A stretch of 56,271 nt of DNA, the filler included, from Stramenopiles sp. TOSAG23-2 (taxonomy: Eukaryota): NCBI GenBank assembly GCA_900128395.1. It is 5 parts of 5 records of this genome, joined end to end, with 100 filler letters (N's around TTAATTAATTAA, not from the genome) between each part and the next. Parts side by side here need not be neighbours in the genome. Positions count along the whole stretch, not along the records: positions 45,112 to 56,271 come from LT649959.1; 4 more parts are not named here. One strand, given 5' to 3'. The position numbers were made by a program, and so were the translations under genes. This document shows positions 46,770 to 56,271 of this stretch, in pieces (the first letter of the stretch is position 1; each line of letters starts with the position of its first letter). The notes under the pieces are model-generated. The model did no database searches. It worked only from the letters and a program-made list of their open reading frames with translations, and was not told where the DNA came from.

Positions 46770-48896
46770 ATGAAACAAATAGCATGGATAATAACTATAT
46801 TTTTATTATCAACTCTTATTGGAATAACTGCAAGTAGTAGCACATTACAAGTTGGTACTGGAATTGCTGATGCAACAGGTGAAGTTGCACAAGTTAATTT
46901 TATGGGATATGCCATGATGAATCAAGTCGGTGCTGGCTTGCATCAACGATTACGAGCACGTGCATATTATATTGATGATGGTACTAAACATATCGCATTT
47001 GTTTCTGTTGATTTTGGAATGGGTTCACATGTTGTTAAAGCACGTGCTTTAGAACTATTGCAACAAGACAATATAACAAAAAATATATTTACATTCGATA
47101 ATGTATGTGTCAGTGGTACCCATACACATTCTGGACCAGCTGGTTTTATGAATCATTTATTATTTCAAGTGACGTCGCTTGGCTTTCAAAAGGCAACATA
47201 TGAAGCATATTCTACAGCAATTTATAATGCAGTCAAAAAATCATATGTAAATTCAAAAGCAAATGGAAAAAATGCTGTGATCAAAAGAAATGCCGGCATG
47301 TTATCGAATGCAAATATAAATCGTAGTCCTACAGCGTATTTATACAATCCATTGGAAGAACGTGAACGTTATGGTAATAATACAGATCATGAAATGGTAT
47401 TATTACGTTTTGAAAATGAGAAAGGTGAAGGTATTGGCATGTTAAATTGGTTTTCTGTGCATGGCACTTCGATGAATAATACGAATCAACTTGTATCAGG
47501 CGATAACAAAGGTTATGCTAGCTATTTATTCGAAAAATCAAAAAATGCAAAAGATGTATTGCCAGGGCAAGGTTCCTTTGTAGCTGCATTTGCTTCTACT
47601 AATTTAGGAGATGTCTCTCCAAATACTAATGGTACATATTGTATGGATACAGGATTGCCATGTGAACCGGTACATAGTACATGCAATGGAAAAAATGAAA
47701 TGTGTGTAGGACGTGGTCCAGGGACTGATATGTTTGAATCTGCAAAAATTATCGGAGAGAGACAGTACGTAAAAGCAAATGAAATATATGAATCTGCTAA
47801 TAAAATAGTATCTGGACCAGTCGATTTTAGGCATACATTTATTGATATGTCAAATTTAACATTTACTCGAAACAATAGTACAGGCCCGGATGATGTTGTA
47901 CATACATGTCCAGGGGCAATGGGCTATGCATTTGCTGCTGGTACAACGGATGGTCCTGGAATGTTTAATTTTGTTCAATCAACAACGACGTCAAATCCGT
48001 TTTGGAATGCTGTATCTGATTTAATTTCAAAACCAACAAAAGCACAAATAAATTGCCACCATCCAAAACCGATATTGCTTAATGTTGGTGAACTCACCAA
48101 ACCATATGAATGGGTTTCAAGCGTTGTTCCATTACAATTGTTCCGAATAGGTGATTTTTTCATGATCAATGTACCCACAGAGTTTACAACAATGGCAGGT
48201 AGACGTATGCGTGAAAGATTAGCGAATGAAATTATGTCACTAGGATTATCAAAAACACCGACAGTTGTAATTGGTGGCCTTTCCAATATGTATGGCGATT
48301 ACACCACTACATTTGAAGAATATCAAGCGCAACGATATGAGGGTGCATCGACTATATTTGGACCAAATGAGCTGGAAGGTTTTATACATGAAGCCTTGCG
48401 ATTGGTTAATGATATGGCGACTAATAGTAAATCAAAAACATTACCGTCGCCAGAAATTGATTTGAAGAAAATGATAAATTTATTAGGTGATTGGAAATAC
48501 GATACAGTTGAAATAGGGAAAAAATTTGGTGATGTGACGAAACAACCAAGTAAAACTGAATATAAAAAAGGTGAAACTGTTTCAGTCAGTTTTAGATCTG
48601 CAAATCCGCGAAATAATTTAAAAACTGATGAAACATATTTGACCGTAGAAATTCTTGATGAAAAGAGCAATAATTGGATTGTTGTAGCTACTGATGGAGA
48701 TTGGTCAACAAAATTTCATTGGCAAAGGAACGGAAAATTGTCACATTCATCGACTGCCACCATAACATGGGATATTAGTGCTGAAGATGTTGCAGGTACA
48801 TATAGGATCAAACATTTTAACACACATAAAAAAATCTTTAGTGGAACTAAACTTGATTTTGAAGGTACTTCAAATGTATTCACTGTTGTTGGGTAA
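46770..48896 (+). CDS. ASAH2: Neutral/alkaline ceramidase, secreted
   Basis: Signal peptide; SGTHTHSGP, NINRSP.AY, WF.VHGTSM, GDVSPN, AAGTTDGPG, EFTTMAGRR and QRYEGAST motifs. Confidence 0.96.
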   Translation: MKQIAWIITIFLLSTLIGITASSSTLQVGTGIADATGEVAQVNFMGYAMMNQVGAGLHQRLRARAYYIDDGTKHIAFVSVDFGMGSHVVKARALELLQQDNITKNIFTFDNVCVSGTHTHSGPAGFMNHLLFQVTSLGFQKATYEAYSTAIYNAVKKSYVNSKANGKNAVIKRNAGMLSNANINRSPTAYLYNPLEERERYGNNTDHEMVLLRFENEKGEGIGMLNWFSVHGTSMNNTNQLVSGDNKGYASYLFEKSKNAKDVLPGQGSFVAAFASTNLGDVSPNTNGTYCMDTGLPCEPVHSTCNGKNEMCVGRGPGTDMFESAKIIGERQYVKANEIYESANKIVSGPVDFRHTFIDMSNLTFTRNNSTGPDDVVHTCPGAMGYAFAAGTTDGPGMFNFVQSTTTSNPFWNAVSDLISKPTKAQINCHHPKPILLNVGELTKPYEWVSSVVPLQLFRIGDFFMINVPTEFTTMAGRRMRERLANEIMSLGLSKTPTVVIGGLSNMYGDYTTTFEEYQAQRYEGASTIFGPNELEGFIHEALRLVNDMATNSKSKTLPSPEIDLKKMINLLGDWKYDTVEIGKKFGDVTKQPSKTEYKKGETVSVSFRSANPRNNLKTDETYLTVEILDEKSNNWIVVATDGDWSTKFHWQRNGKLSHSSTATITWDISAEDVAGTYRIKHFNTHKKIFSGTKLDFEGTSNVFTVVG

Positions 48897-49237
48897 ATAG
48901 AGAGAGTGTGTCTATTTAGTTGTAGATGTGTGAAATGAAGATGTTCTGTGTGTGTATTAATATTTATACGTATTAATTTTTTTAAAGAAAATATATATAC
49001 AATTTTTGACACCCCGTGCCCCCCTAAAAATTATACGAGCGTAACACTATTAAATACGGAGTCGTGTTGTATTTATATATATAATGTACGCTTCGTACAC
49101 TCTAAAAAAAATGTAATTAAAAACCTCTAAAAATATTGTATTTGTATATTAGTATATATATACACACACACTCACACACAATTTATATTCTCAAATCTTT
49201 TGTCTAACTATTACATATCCTATCCATTATATATGAC

Positions 49238-49882
49238 TTAATCGATGCAGTACAATGGGTTGATTCTTAAACAATAATAGCATGTCAAATGATCTGGGCA
49301 CGGTGCACGAAGTTGTTCTGAACCTCCAATATCCTCATGGCATATGTCATGTACAAATGATGGACACTCGCTTAAATATGATGAATATCCAAGGCACATA
49401 GCTTCAAATTTTTTACCTATTCCACCACATCCGAAATCATTTCCTTTTGCTGGTTTGGTGTATCCAACTTTGCCTTCTTTTCTCTTTGCAGAAATCATTG
49501 ATTTGCAAACATCGCATTCTTCTTTACCAGTTGCTACTGCATATGCTGGTGAAGTAAATTTACCTGTTCCGAACCAGTTATGTGGTACTTTAGCTGCACC
49601 GTCAGCTTTTGCTTCTGGTGCAGGTTTAGGATCTTCAGATGTTCTCTCAGATGTTTCTATAAATGAAGAGGTTTTAGTACTAACTTCAATAGCTGCTAAT
49701 AATTTTTCATCGGTAGGTGCTGGAAGTTTATTGCCTGCAACGTGTGCCAAGTGTTTAACTTCAGCTGCTGGAGCTGCTGGAGGTGTAAATTCTCCAACTT
49801 TAGCAGCTTTGTTTGCATAATCGAAACTGGTTTCAGCAGTGCAAGCTGCGATACATAATACAACAATAAGTGTGCGTAACAT
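49238..49882 (-). CDS. Secreted Cys-rich protein with a saposin-like Cys pattern
   Basis: Signal peptide; ECDVCK..I...C.........C...P..C...C spacing. Confidence 0.7.
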   Translation of the reverse strand: MLRTLIVVLCIAACTAETSFDYANKAAKVGEFTPPAAPAAEVKHLAHVAGNKLPAPTDEKLLAAIEVSTKTSSFIETSERTSEDPKPAPEAKADGAAKVPHNWFGTGKFTSPAYAVATGKEECDVCKSMISAKRKEGKVGYTKPAKGNDFGCGGIGKKFEAMCLGYSSYLSECPSFVHDICHEDIGGSEQLRAPCPDHLTCYYCLRINPLYCID

Positions 49883-50678
49883 TTTTTATACTAAATTTAT
49901 TTTATTATTATAACTCTTGTTTTATTTGTTTTATATTTAAAGTATATAATATGTTTTTTGAATGTTTTACGATTCTATGTATCTATGTATGTGTGCGTGT
50001 GTGTGTGTGTGTATATTGTATTGTTATGGTTTTATAATAAATTAACTACAAAAAAAGGCTGTATTAGTTAGTGTTGTTTCTATGTTAAATTGTTTTTACA
50101 AGGTCGATAGCATTGGATACTTCCCCCTTTTTTTGTTTTTTTTCTGAAGCTGCATTATTTTTTTATTTATCATCCTTTTAGAATAATTTCGTATATATAA
50201 AAATTTATAATGTGTAATATATTGATAAATTTATATAAATTCCGAAAATACCTTAGAATTTTTTAAGAAGGGAAGAAGGAGGAAGAATTTCTTTGTCCAG
50301 CATACTTTTAATTTTAAAATAATATTTTTATAGCTACACAGTATTGGATTTGGAAAATATACTTCATATTACAAACTTGTGTGGGGAAGGGATTCAATAT
50401 TATAGAAAGCTATAATAAGTATGTTCATGTTTAGTATAATGTTTCCTAGGCGAAAAGGATATCAACAGTAATAGCGAGCTATAGTAATAATAATAGTAGT
50501 ATAGTAGTATGCAATGCAACTTCTTTCTTCCATATTATAACTATTATCTATTAATAGTATATTAATAACAACAACAATATATATTAGTGTGTGCATATAT
50601 ATATATATACAACAACATAAATACTTTTATATATGTATATCGCGTGGATTCATTTTAATAACACTTAATTTCAATATT

Positions 50679-51200
50679 ATGATACTTGGAAATTATTCAA
50701 TTAATAGTATGTTTAATAGTAGGAAAATATTTTTAATATTTATAGTTGTACAATTAGTTGTTTCAATATGTTTTAGTATGCCACAATCGTCAATAAAAAA
50801 AAGGAGACCAACCACTATTGATACATACTTACGACAAGAAAGAGCTATGGCTGGACAAGATAGTAAAAATAGAGAAGCGCTAGATACAAAGATCTTTCGT
50901 AAAAAAGGTATTCCTCTAGGGAATGATCAAACTCATCGTAGTAATAAAGAATGGGATTATGGAGATCATGATCCATTGCCAGAAAACTTATTAATGCACA
51001 AAGGTGAAAATATTACAAAAACACTTATACATAAAGTAAAGCGGACTATCAATAATATAGCTGGTAAACTAGCACAACTACAACATGATACTCGTATGAG
51101 GGCATCACAGCCACGCATAACGTCAGAAGATTTTCATAAACCAGATGTAGTGAGAGAGGAAGATTCTAATTTATATATGACCTATGGTGATCAATCATAA
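50679..51200 (+). CDS. Hypothetical secreted/membrane-anchored protein
   Basis: Hydrophobic IFLIFIVVQLVVSICFS after ATG 50679 or 50709; no known domain. Confidence 0.6.
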   Translation: MILGNYSINSMFNSRKIFLIFIVVQLVVSICFSMPQSSIKKRRPTTIDTYLRQERAMAGQDSKNREALDTKIFRKKGIPLGNDQTHRSNKEWDYGDHDPLPENLLMHKGENITKTLIHKVKRTINNIAGKLAQLQHDTRMRASQPRITSEDFHKPDVVREEDSNLYMTYGDQS

Positions 51201-51906
51201 ATACCTCTATATATTATGATATATACGAGGTCCTCGTATGTATATTTTAAAGTATATATGAGGAGAGAAGGTATATTTATCATTAAATATGCCCAACATA
51301 TCATGATAAAATAAACCAGGGGGGCGTAATATATTCATTTGTATTTTTATATAGAGATATTACACTTAATTTATAGATATATATATATATATTTATATTT
51401 TATATATATATCTAGATATTACGAAGTATAATATTAAAAATGATATGGTGCATAACTTACGTCGTACGAACGTATATTTTTTTATATAAATTTACTCAGC
51501 AGTGATAATTCCTATGGTCATATGATACTCCCAGTACTCTCCAGAAAGAATATGATATCATACAATAACTGAGGACAAATAATGTCTATCTCACTAAACT
51601 GGGAAAGATGGACCATTGAATCGTAACGTTTGCGATAATAGAATTCATTGAAATCCACAGAAGTCTGTATTTTTATATTTCAAATGCACATTATGCATAA
51701 TCATAAAAAAATATATTCGTACGACTCGTAAAAAATATAAAAAATACGAAAATATATAACTCTTCGTATGATACGAGTATATTTTCGTTTTCCGTACTCC
51801 TCTCTCGCTCTGTTATTTACGAAAACTTTTTACGCGCACACACACACAATATTTATATTTATTTATATTTAAAAAGAAAAAAAACACACACGCACTCTCT
51901 TCGTGT

Positions 51907-53178
51907 TTAATTTATCTTTGTCCATTTATATAATGTATATGTTTTCGATGACAATTCATTAAAATGTAAGTCACATTCTGTTTGTGTAACATTGACTAAT
52001 GGGTTTGTATAATATGATTCAGGTGCACTAATGGCTTCTGTTAATTCAAAATTTCCTTCTTCCAAAATTGCATTTTTAAATTCATCCATACCATCACGTT
52101 TGGTTGTTGGTGCTACATATAAAAATATTCCATCTTTATTTAAAAGTTTGGAAACTATTGACAATAATGATGGTATCATTTCAATATCATATATTAAATC
52201 TGAGCCTAAAAGAACATCGAAAGTTTGGTTTTTTCCATTATCTTTTGCCCAAGTTTCTTCTTTGCTCCAATCTACTGCATATGAGATACCACATGTAGAT
52301 AAAATATTATTTATTTCAATATTTTTCTTTATATTTTCTACACAATGTGGTAAATAATCTGTTATAACTATTGTTTTTGGATTACATGCAATTCCACATG
52401 TTAATCCTGGCAATCCAGCACCAGCGCCTAATTCACATACATTTTTATTTAAAAACCAACCTTTATTCTCAACTAACCAACGTGACAATACAATCGATGC
52501 TGACCATATATTAATACCAGTCACATCGTTTTCTGCATTATTGTTTTCAAATGCTTTGCCATCCCAATCCAATGCAATTTCACGGCATTTAACAATATGT
52601 TCCGTGAATTTAAGTGTATGGATTTTTTCTTGTATGACTTTACTTTCCATCGGTGTTTTTGGTTTATTATTATCATTTACTTTTCCTTTATTATCTTTGG
52701 TTGTGTTTTTCTTTTTCTTTTGATTTTCCAATTCTTTTGCAGATGAATGTGTTAATAACGCTGCAGTGATATCCGTATTATCACGCCCAAACGCTTCCGT
52801 CAATGCACTTTTACCAAAACTATTTTTTTTTAATATATCTGCATTTGCATCTTCAAGCAATAATTTCACTACCTTTAAATGCTGATTTTGTACTGCCCAA
52901 TGCAATGCGTAATTACCTGTTTTATTTGGTGAGTCCTTCGCTCCTTTTAATGTTAAAATTTTCACACAGTCAAGATGACCATTTGCAGATGCTAAATGTA
53001 ATGCTGTATTACCAGAATCAGGGTTTTTATAGTTAACAGGTATATTTTGATCTTCTTTTAAATATATTAACATATCCTCTGTTTCACCATACCGTGCACA
53101 TAATAGAAATTCTTCAGCATCTTCAATTGAGAATTGTTTTTGCTCTTTGCTTGTTGTATCTGTAGTAATTGCTGCCAT
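51907..53178 (-). CDS. Ankyrin repeats (Yar1-like) fused to a METTL21/EFM-type lysine methyltransferase
   Basis: GNTALHLASANGH, GNYALHWA; TG..IWSAS..L..W, VCELGAGAGLPG, ITD and FD.LLGSDLIY (DxxY) motifs; likely start MAAITT at 53178. Confidence 0.9.
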   Translation of the reverse strand: MAAITTDTTSKEQKQFSIEDAEEFLLCARYGETEDMLIYLKEDQNIPVNYKNPDSGNTALHLASANGHLDCVKILTLKGAKDSPNKTGNYALHWAVQNQHLKVVKLLLEDANADILKKNSFGKSALTEAFGRDNTDITAALLTHSSAKELENQKKKKNTTKDNKGKVNDNNKPKTPMESKVIQEKIHTLKFTEHIVKCREIALDWDGKAFENNNAENDVTGINIWSASIVLSRWLVENKGWFLNKNVCELGAGAGLPGLTCGIACNPKTIVITDYLPHCVENIKKNIEINNILSTCGISYAVDWSKEETWAKDNGKNQTFDVLLGSDLIYDIEMIPSLLSIVSKLLNKDGIFLYVAPTTKRDGMDEFKNAILEEGNFELTEAISAPESYYTNPLVNVTQTECDLHFNELSSKTYTLYKWTKIN

Positions 53179-53594
53179 CTTTTGTTGTTCTTGTTGTTGT
53201 TCTTGTTGTCGTTGTCGTCTCTTTCCAAATGTAAGTGTATATATAAATCTATATGCTTTATTATTCAATGGTGGATAATAAAAAAACCCAAATATTTCGA
53301 GGAATCAATATAAATTTGGTTAAGGTTTAATGGATTAGTATGGGTTAGTTTATTTATATTGTATATTATTATTTAGTAATACCTTACATAGTGATGAAAG
53401 CCAATTTTGGACATTTTTGGAACTATATACATATATCTATATGTATTTGCATATTGCTTGGTTTCATTGATTTATATAATGTAGATATCAATGTACCTAT
53501 ATTGTAAAGAAAGATATATAAACGAGTTATTTAATAATATAAATAGAGAGAGAGAGAGAGACAAGTTAACCAGAAATAAATAAATATATATACG

Positions 53595-54218
53595 ATGTCA
53601 TCTTCATGGCATTTATCATCAAATAATAATAATAATAATAAAAAGAATGGAAAAAAGAATTATTATGGACATGGAAAACAAAAAGGTGCAAGGGATGCAC
53701 ATACACTAGCGAAAGAAAGACGCCAACAATATTATAAAAACTCAAAAACGATAGCAAATTACCGTAAAGTTGTGAAAGAAGTGGAGGAAAGTGAAAAGAA
53801 TGCAGATGGATCCACGAAAAGACATATCGAAGCATATAAAAATGTATTTAGTGATAATGTAAATAAAGAGAAAAGATATCATGGAAAACACAATAATGAT
53901 AATGATGATAAAAATGATAGTAATGACAAAAAAGGTAGATTTGGACCACGTACAAGGCGTGTAACTGGTAAAAAACGTCCAAATCCATTTCAACGTGAAT
54001 TGAGTGCAAAAGAAAAATTAAAAGAAGAAAAATTGAAACGACAAGAAGATGTAAAACAACAACGAAAAGAAACAGAACGATTAAATAAAAGACGTAAACG
54101 TAATTCTAAAAATCATCGTAAACGAACGAAACATGGGCAACCATTAATGAAATATCAAATGGGAAGTATTTTAGAAAAATTAGAAAAAGAATATGCTGCT
54201 GGTAATCGTAGAAGGTAA
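53595..54218 (+). CDS. Fyv7/CCDC59-like basic rRNA-processing protein
   Basis: Very basic coiled coil ending RTK.GQP.M...M..ILEKL. Confidence 0.7.
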   Translation: MSSSWHLSSNNNNNNKKNGKKNYYGHGKQKGARDAHTLAKERRQQYYKNSKTIANYRKVVKEVEESEKNADGSTKRHIEAYKNVFSDNVNKEKRYHGKHNNDNDDKNDSNDKKGRFGPRTRRVTGKKRPNPFQRELSAKEKLKEEKLKRQEDVKQQRKETERLNKRRKRNSKNHRKRTKHGQPLMKYQMGSILEKLEKEYAAGNRRR

Positions 54219-54414
54219 AGAGTACAGCCAGTAAAAAGAGGGTATAATAAATATAATATTCAAAAATAATATACATATGTGTTTCATTTTTTTATAAAAA
54301 ATATAAAAGAAATATTTTTGTTTTTTTTCTTGTGTGTTTGAAATTATAGATTTTTTTCAAAAACATTCTTTATTTCTCACTGTGTTGTTCGTTCCATATA
54401 TCTACACACTTCTT

Positions 54415-55494
54415 TTATTTTTCTACAATTGATGATGCTTCATTATTATTATTACTCATAACATCATCCTCTTCAATACCTAATGCTTTAACAACGCGTT
54501 CAAATACTTCTTTTATTTTTGCATCATTCACTGCTTTTTTAATTGATTGTTCCGTAGTTCTTTGAGCAGTCAATTTTTCTCGTTCCGCTGCTATTCTTTG
54601 TTTTTCCGCTTCTTCTTCTTCTTTTTCTTTTTTGACTTGTTCATCATGTTCACGTTGCACTTCACTAACTTGTCGATTAAATTCTTCCTCACTGATACCA
54701 AATAATTCTTGCATAGATAATTTACGATGCATTTTTGGATCATCAGGTTGAGCTAATATATCTAACACTTGTTGCATTTCACTTTTTGGTTCATTGGTAT
54801 TATTATTGCTATTGTTATTACTACTATTATTAGGATGTGAAAGCTCTTTCTCTGCTGCAAGTTCAGCTATTAAACTTTCCATGACAGATGCATTTGGTAA
54901 ACTTAACGTTAATTCTGGTGTTAATTCATCATCATTATCGTCATTCATACCGTTACTGTTGGTATTAGATGGTGCTGATAGACGTGTATTTGTAGATGTT
55001 GATGGTGCACGTGGGTTATTGTTGTTTGTATTATCATCTTCCACGTCTTTTTCTTCTTTCCTTTCTTCTTGATTTTGATCAAAAGATAACCATGATGAGG
55101 TTGATGTTGCAGTGTCATTATTATTATTAATAGTTGATGAAGCTTGTTGTTGCTGACGTCGTTGTTGTCGATTACCAAACCTATTTGGATATGAATTATA
55201 TTCTTCTTCATCGGATTCTGATTCAGATTGAGACTCTTCTTTGTCATCATTGTTAGGTACCTCGTGTTTATCGTATTCATTTGAATCTTTTATTGTTGCA
55301 TTTTTCAATTCAAGTTTTGCAAAGGCTAAACGTATCTCTTCTATCGTCATAACTATACCAAATTCATTTTCAATTTCTACTGCACAAGCATTAAAATCAA
55401 ACATTTTTTCCCTTACCATCCCTGGTAATATTTGTTCCACCATACCCATCACTGCATTTTTAGTAGCAAAATCGCTCATGTTGTTATAAGACAA
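54415..55494 (-). CDS. Hypothetical acidic low-complexity/coiled-coil protein
   Basis: 359-aa ORF with host-like codon usage and Asn/Gln/Glu runs. Confidence 0.7.
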   Translation of the reverse strand: MSYNNMSDFATKNAVMGMVEQILPGMVREKMFDFNACAVEIENEFGIVMTIEEIRLAFAKLELKNATIKDSNEYDKHEVPNNDDKEESQSESESDEEEYNSYPNRFGNRQQRRQQQQASSTINNNNDTATSTSSWLSFDQNQEERKEEKDVEDDNTNNNNPRAPSTSTNTRLSAPSNTNSNGMNDDNDDELTPELTLSLPNASVMESLIAELAAEKELSHPNNSSNNNSNNNTNEPKSEMQQVLDILAQPDDPKMHRKLSMQELFGISEEEFNRQVSEVQREHDEQVKKEKEEEEAEKQRIAAEREKLTAQRTTEQSIKKAVNDAKIKEVFERVVKALGIEEDDVMSNNNNEASSIVEK

Positions 55495-55733
55495 TTATAA
55501 AAGATACAACACAAATGTTTGTTCCTTGTGTCGGTTTGAACTTTTTTTTTGTCTTTTTATTTTGTCATGAATCATCTATTCTCTCTCCTCTTTCTATTTT
55601 TAATAATTGTTTTTCATATTTTGAAAAAACGACGATTTTTTGCAATGTAAGCAGTTGAAACAAAACGTGTGCCATTGCACACAGGAGGGAGGTATAGGTA
55701 TGCAGGCCCGCAGGTGTTTTGTTATAATATTAA

Positions 55734-55944
55734 TACCCTCTAAACATGTTAAAAATGTACACAAAAAATTACTATAGGAAGTACATAGGTCTTATCGTTT
55801 TCCAAAATACCAATTTTATTTTTCATATATTTGGGGAAAATAGCAAATATCCGAAAATATAGAAAAAATGATGAATATTTTCCCCCATAGTGAATAGTGT
55901 TATAAGTTAAAGTGTACAGTTTTTAAAATGGTTTGCGCACTGCC
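55734..55944. mobile_element. MITE-like palindromic element, copy C (degenerate arms)
   Basis: TACCCTCTAAACATG...; core CAATTTTATTTTTCATATATTTGG...CCCCCATAGTGAATAGTGTTAT; ends AGTGTACAGTTTT...GCACTGCC. Confidence 0.8.
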
Positions 55945-56271
55945 AATGCTATGCTGCGTGCATCAAAAAAACCTAAAGGGAAAAATTTTCTACTACTTTT
56001 AAATATCAATTTTACCTATCAAATTTATACTTGAAATTGCACAATTTAAACAACACTGCGAATTCTATTTGGGCATCTTTTGGCACTGCATCATAACAGA
56101 AGCACAGCAGGGAGAATCATAATCATCATCATCATTTTTTCTTCGTTCTCTTCTTCTTCTGGTTGCAACTCTTCTTTTTTGGAGCCACCACAAAAAGCAT
56201 CTCAATTTGTTGTAATATATCGATAGATATGTGTGAAATAGAAATTAAGTGGAAAGTAGAATGCAGATATA

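Noticed and set aside
16273-55489. Many short antisense or alternate-frame ORFs rich in Y/L/I/F runs
   Set aside because: Shadows of AAT/GAA/CAA low-complexity coding sequence on the real strand

Overview
AT-rich, intron-poor nuclear DNA of a flagellated microbial eukaryote (it encodes DRC7 and an HYLS1-like protein; standard genetic code). A marine stramenopile single-cell or metagenome assembly is plausible, but that is inference. The window is not one locus. It is five ~11.2 kb contigs (1-11191, 11292-22471, 22572-33750, 33851-45011, 45112-56271; 11191/11180/11179/11161/11160 nt, i.e. length-sorted) joined by artificial 100-nt N44-TTAATTAATTAA-N44 linkers, so adjacency across linkers is meaningless. 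Recognisable genes: RPL14, exportin-7, DRC7, neutral ceramidase, an ANK+METTL21-type methyltransferase, a DUF711 protein, a PseH-like GNAT, Fyv7/CCDC59-like, HYLS1-like, a RanBD/FG nucleoporin fragment, an SH3 protein, and a giant IPT/TIG multi-pass membrane protein with two canonical introns. The most interesting signal is an ankyrin cassette present in three genes on two contigs. Its framework is nearly identical at nucleotide level, but the codons at the ankyrin binding-surface (DARPin-randomised) positions are hypervariable. It is fused to different N-terminal modules, including a DUF4145/HEPN-like and an F-box-like one, which makes it a candidate diversified non-self receptor/effector family. 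Other signals: a degenerate ~66-bp array with fixed-spacing boxes upstream of the HEPN-like gene, a twice-repeated ~280-bp element with nested hairpins, and a palindromic MITE family on three contigs. Several frameshifts trace to short tandem duplications or a poly-T run that are probably assembly artefacts.
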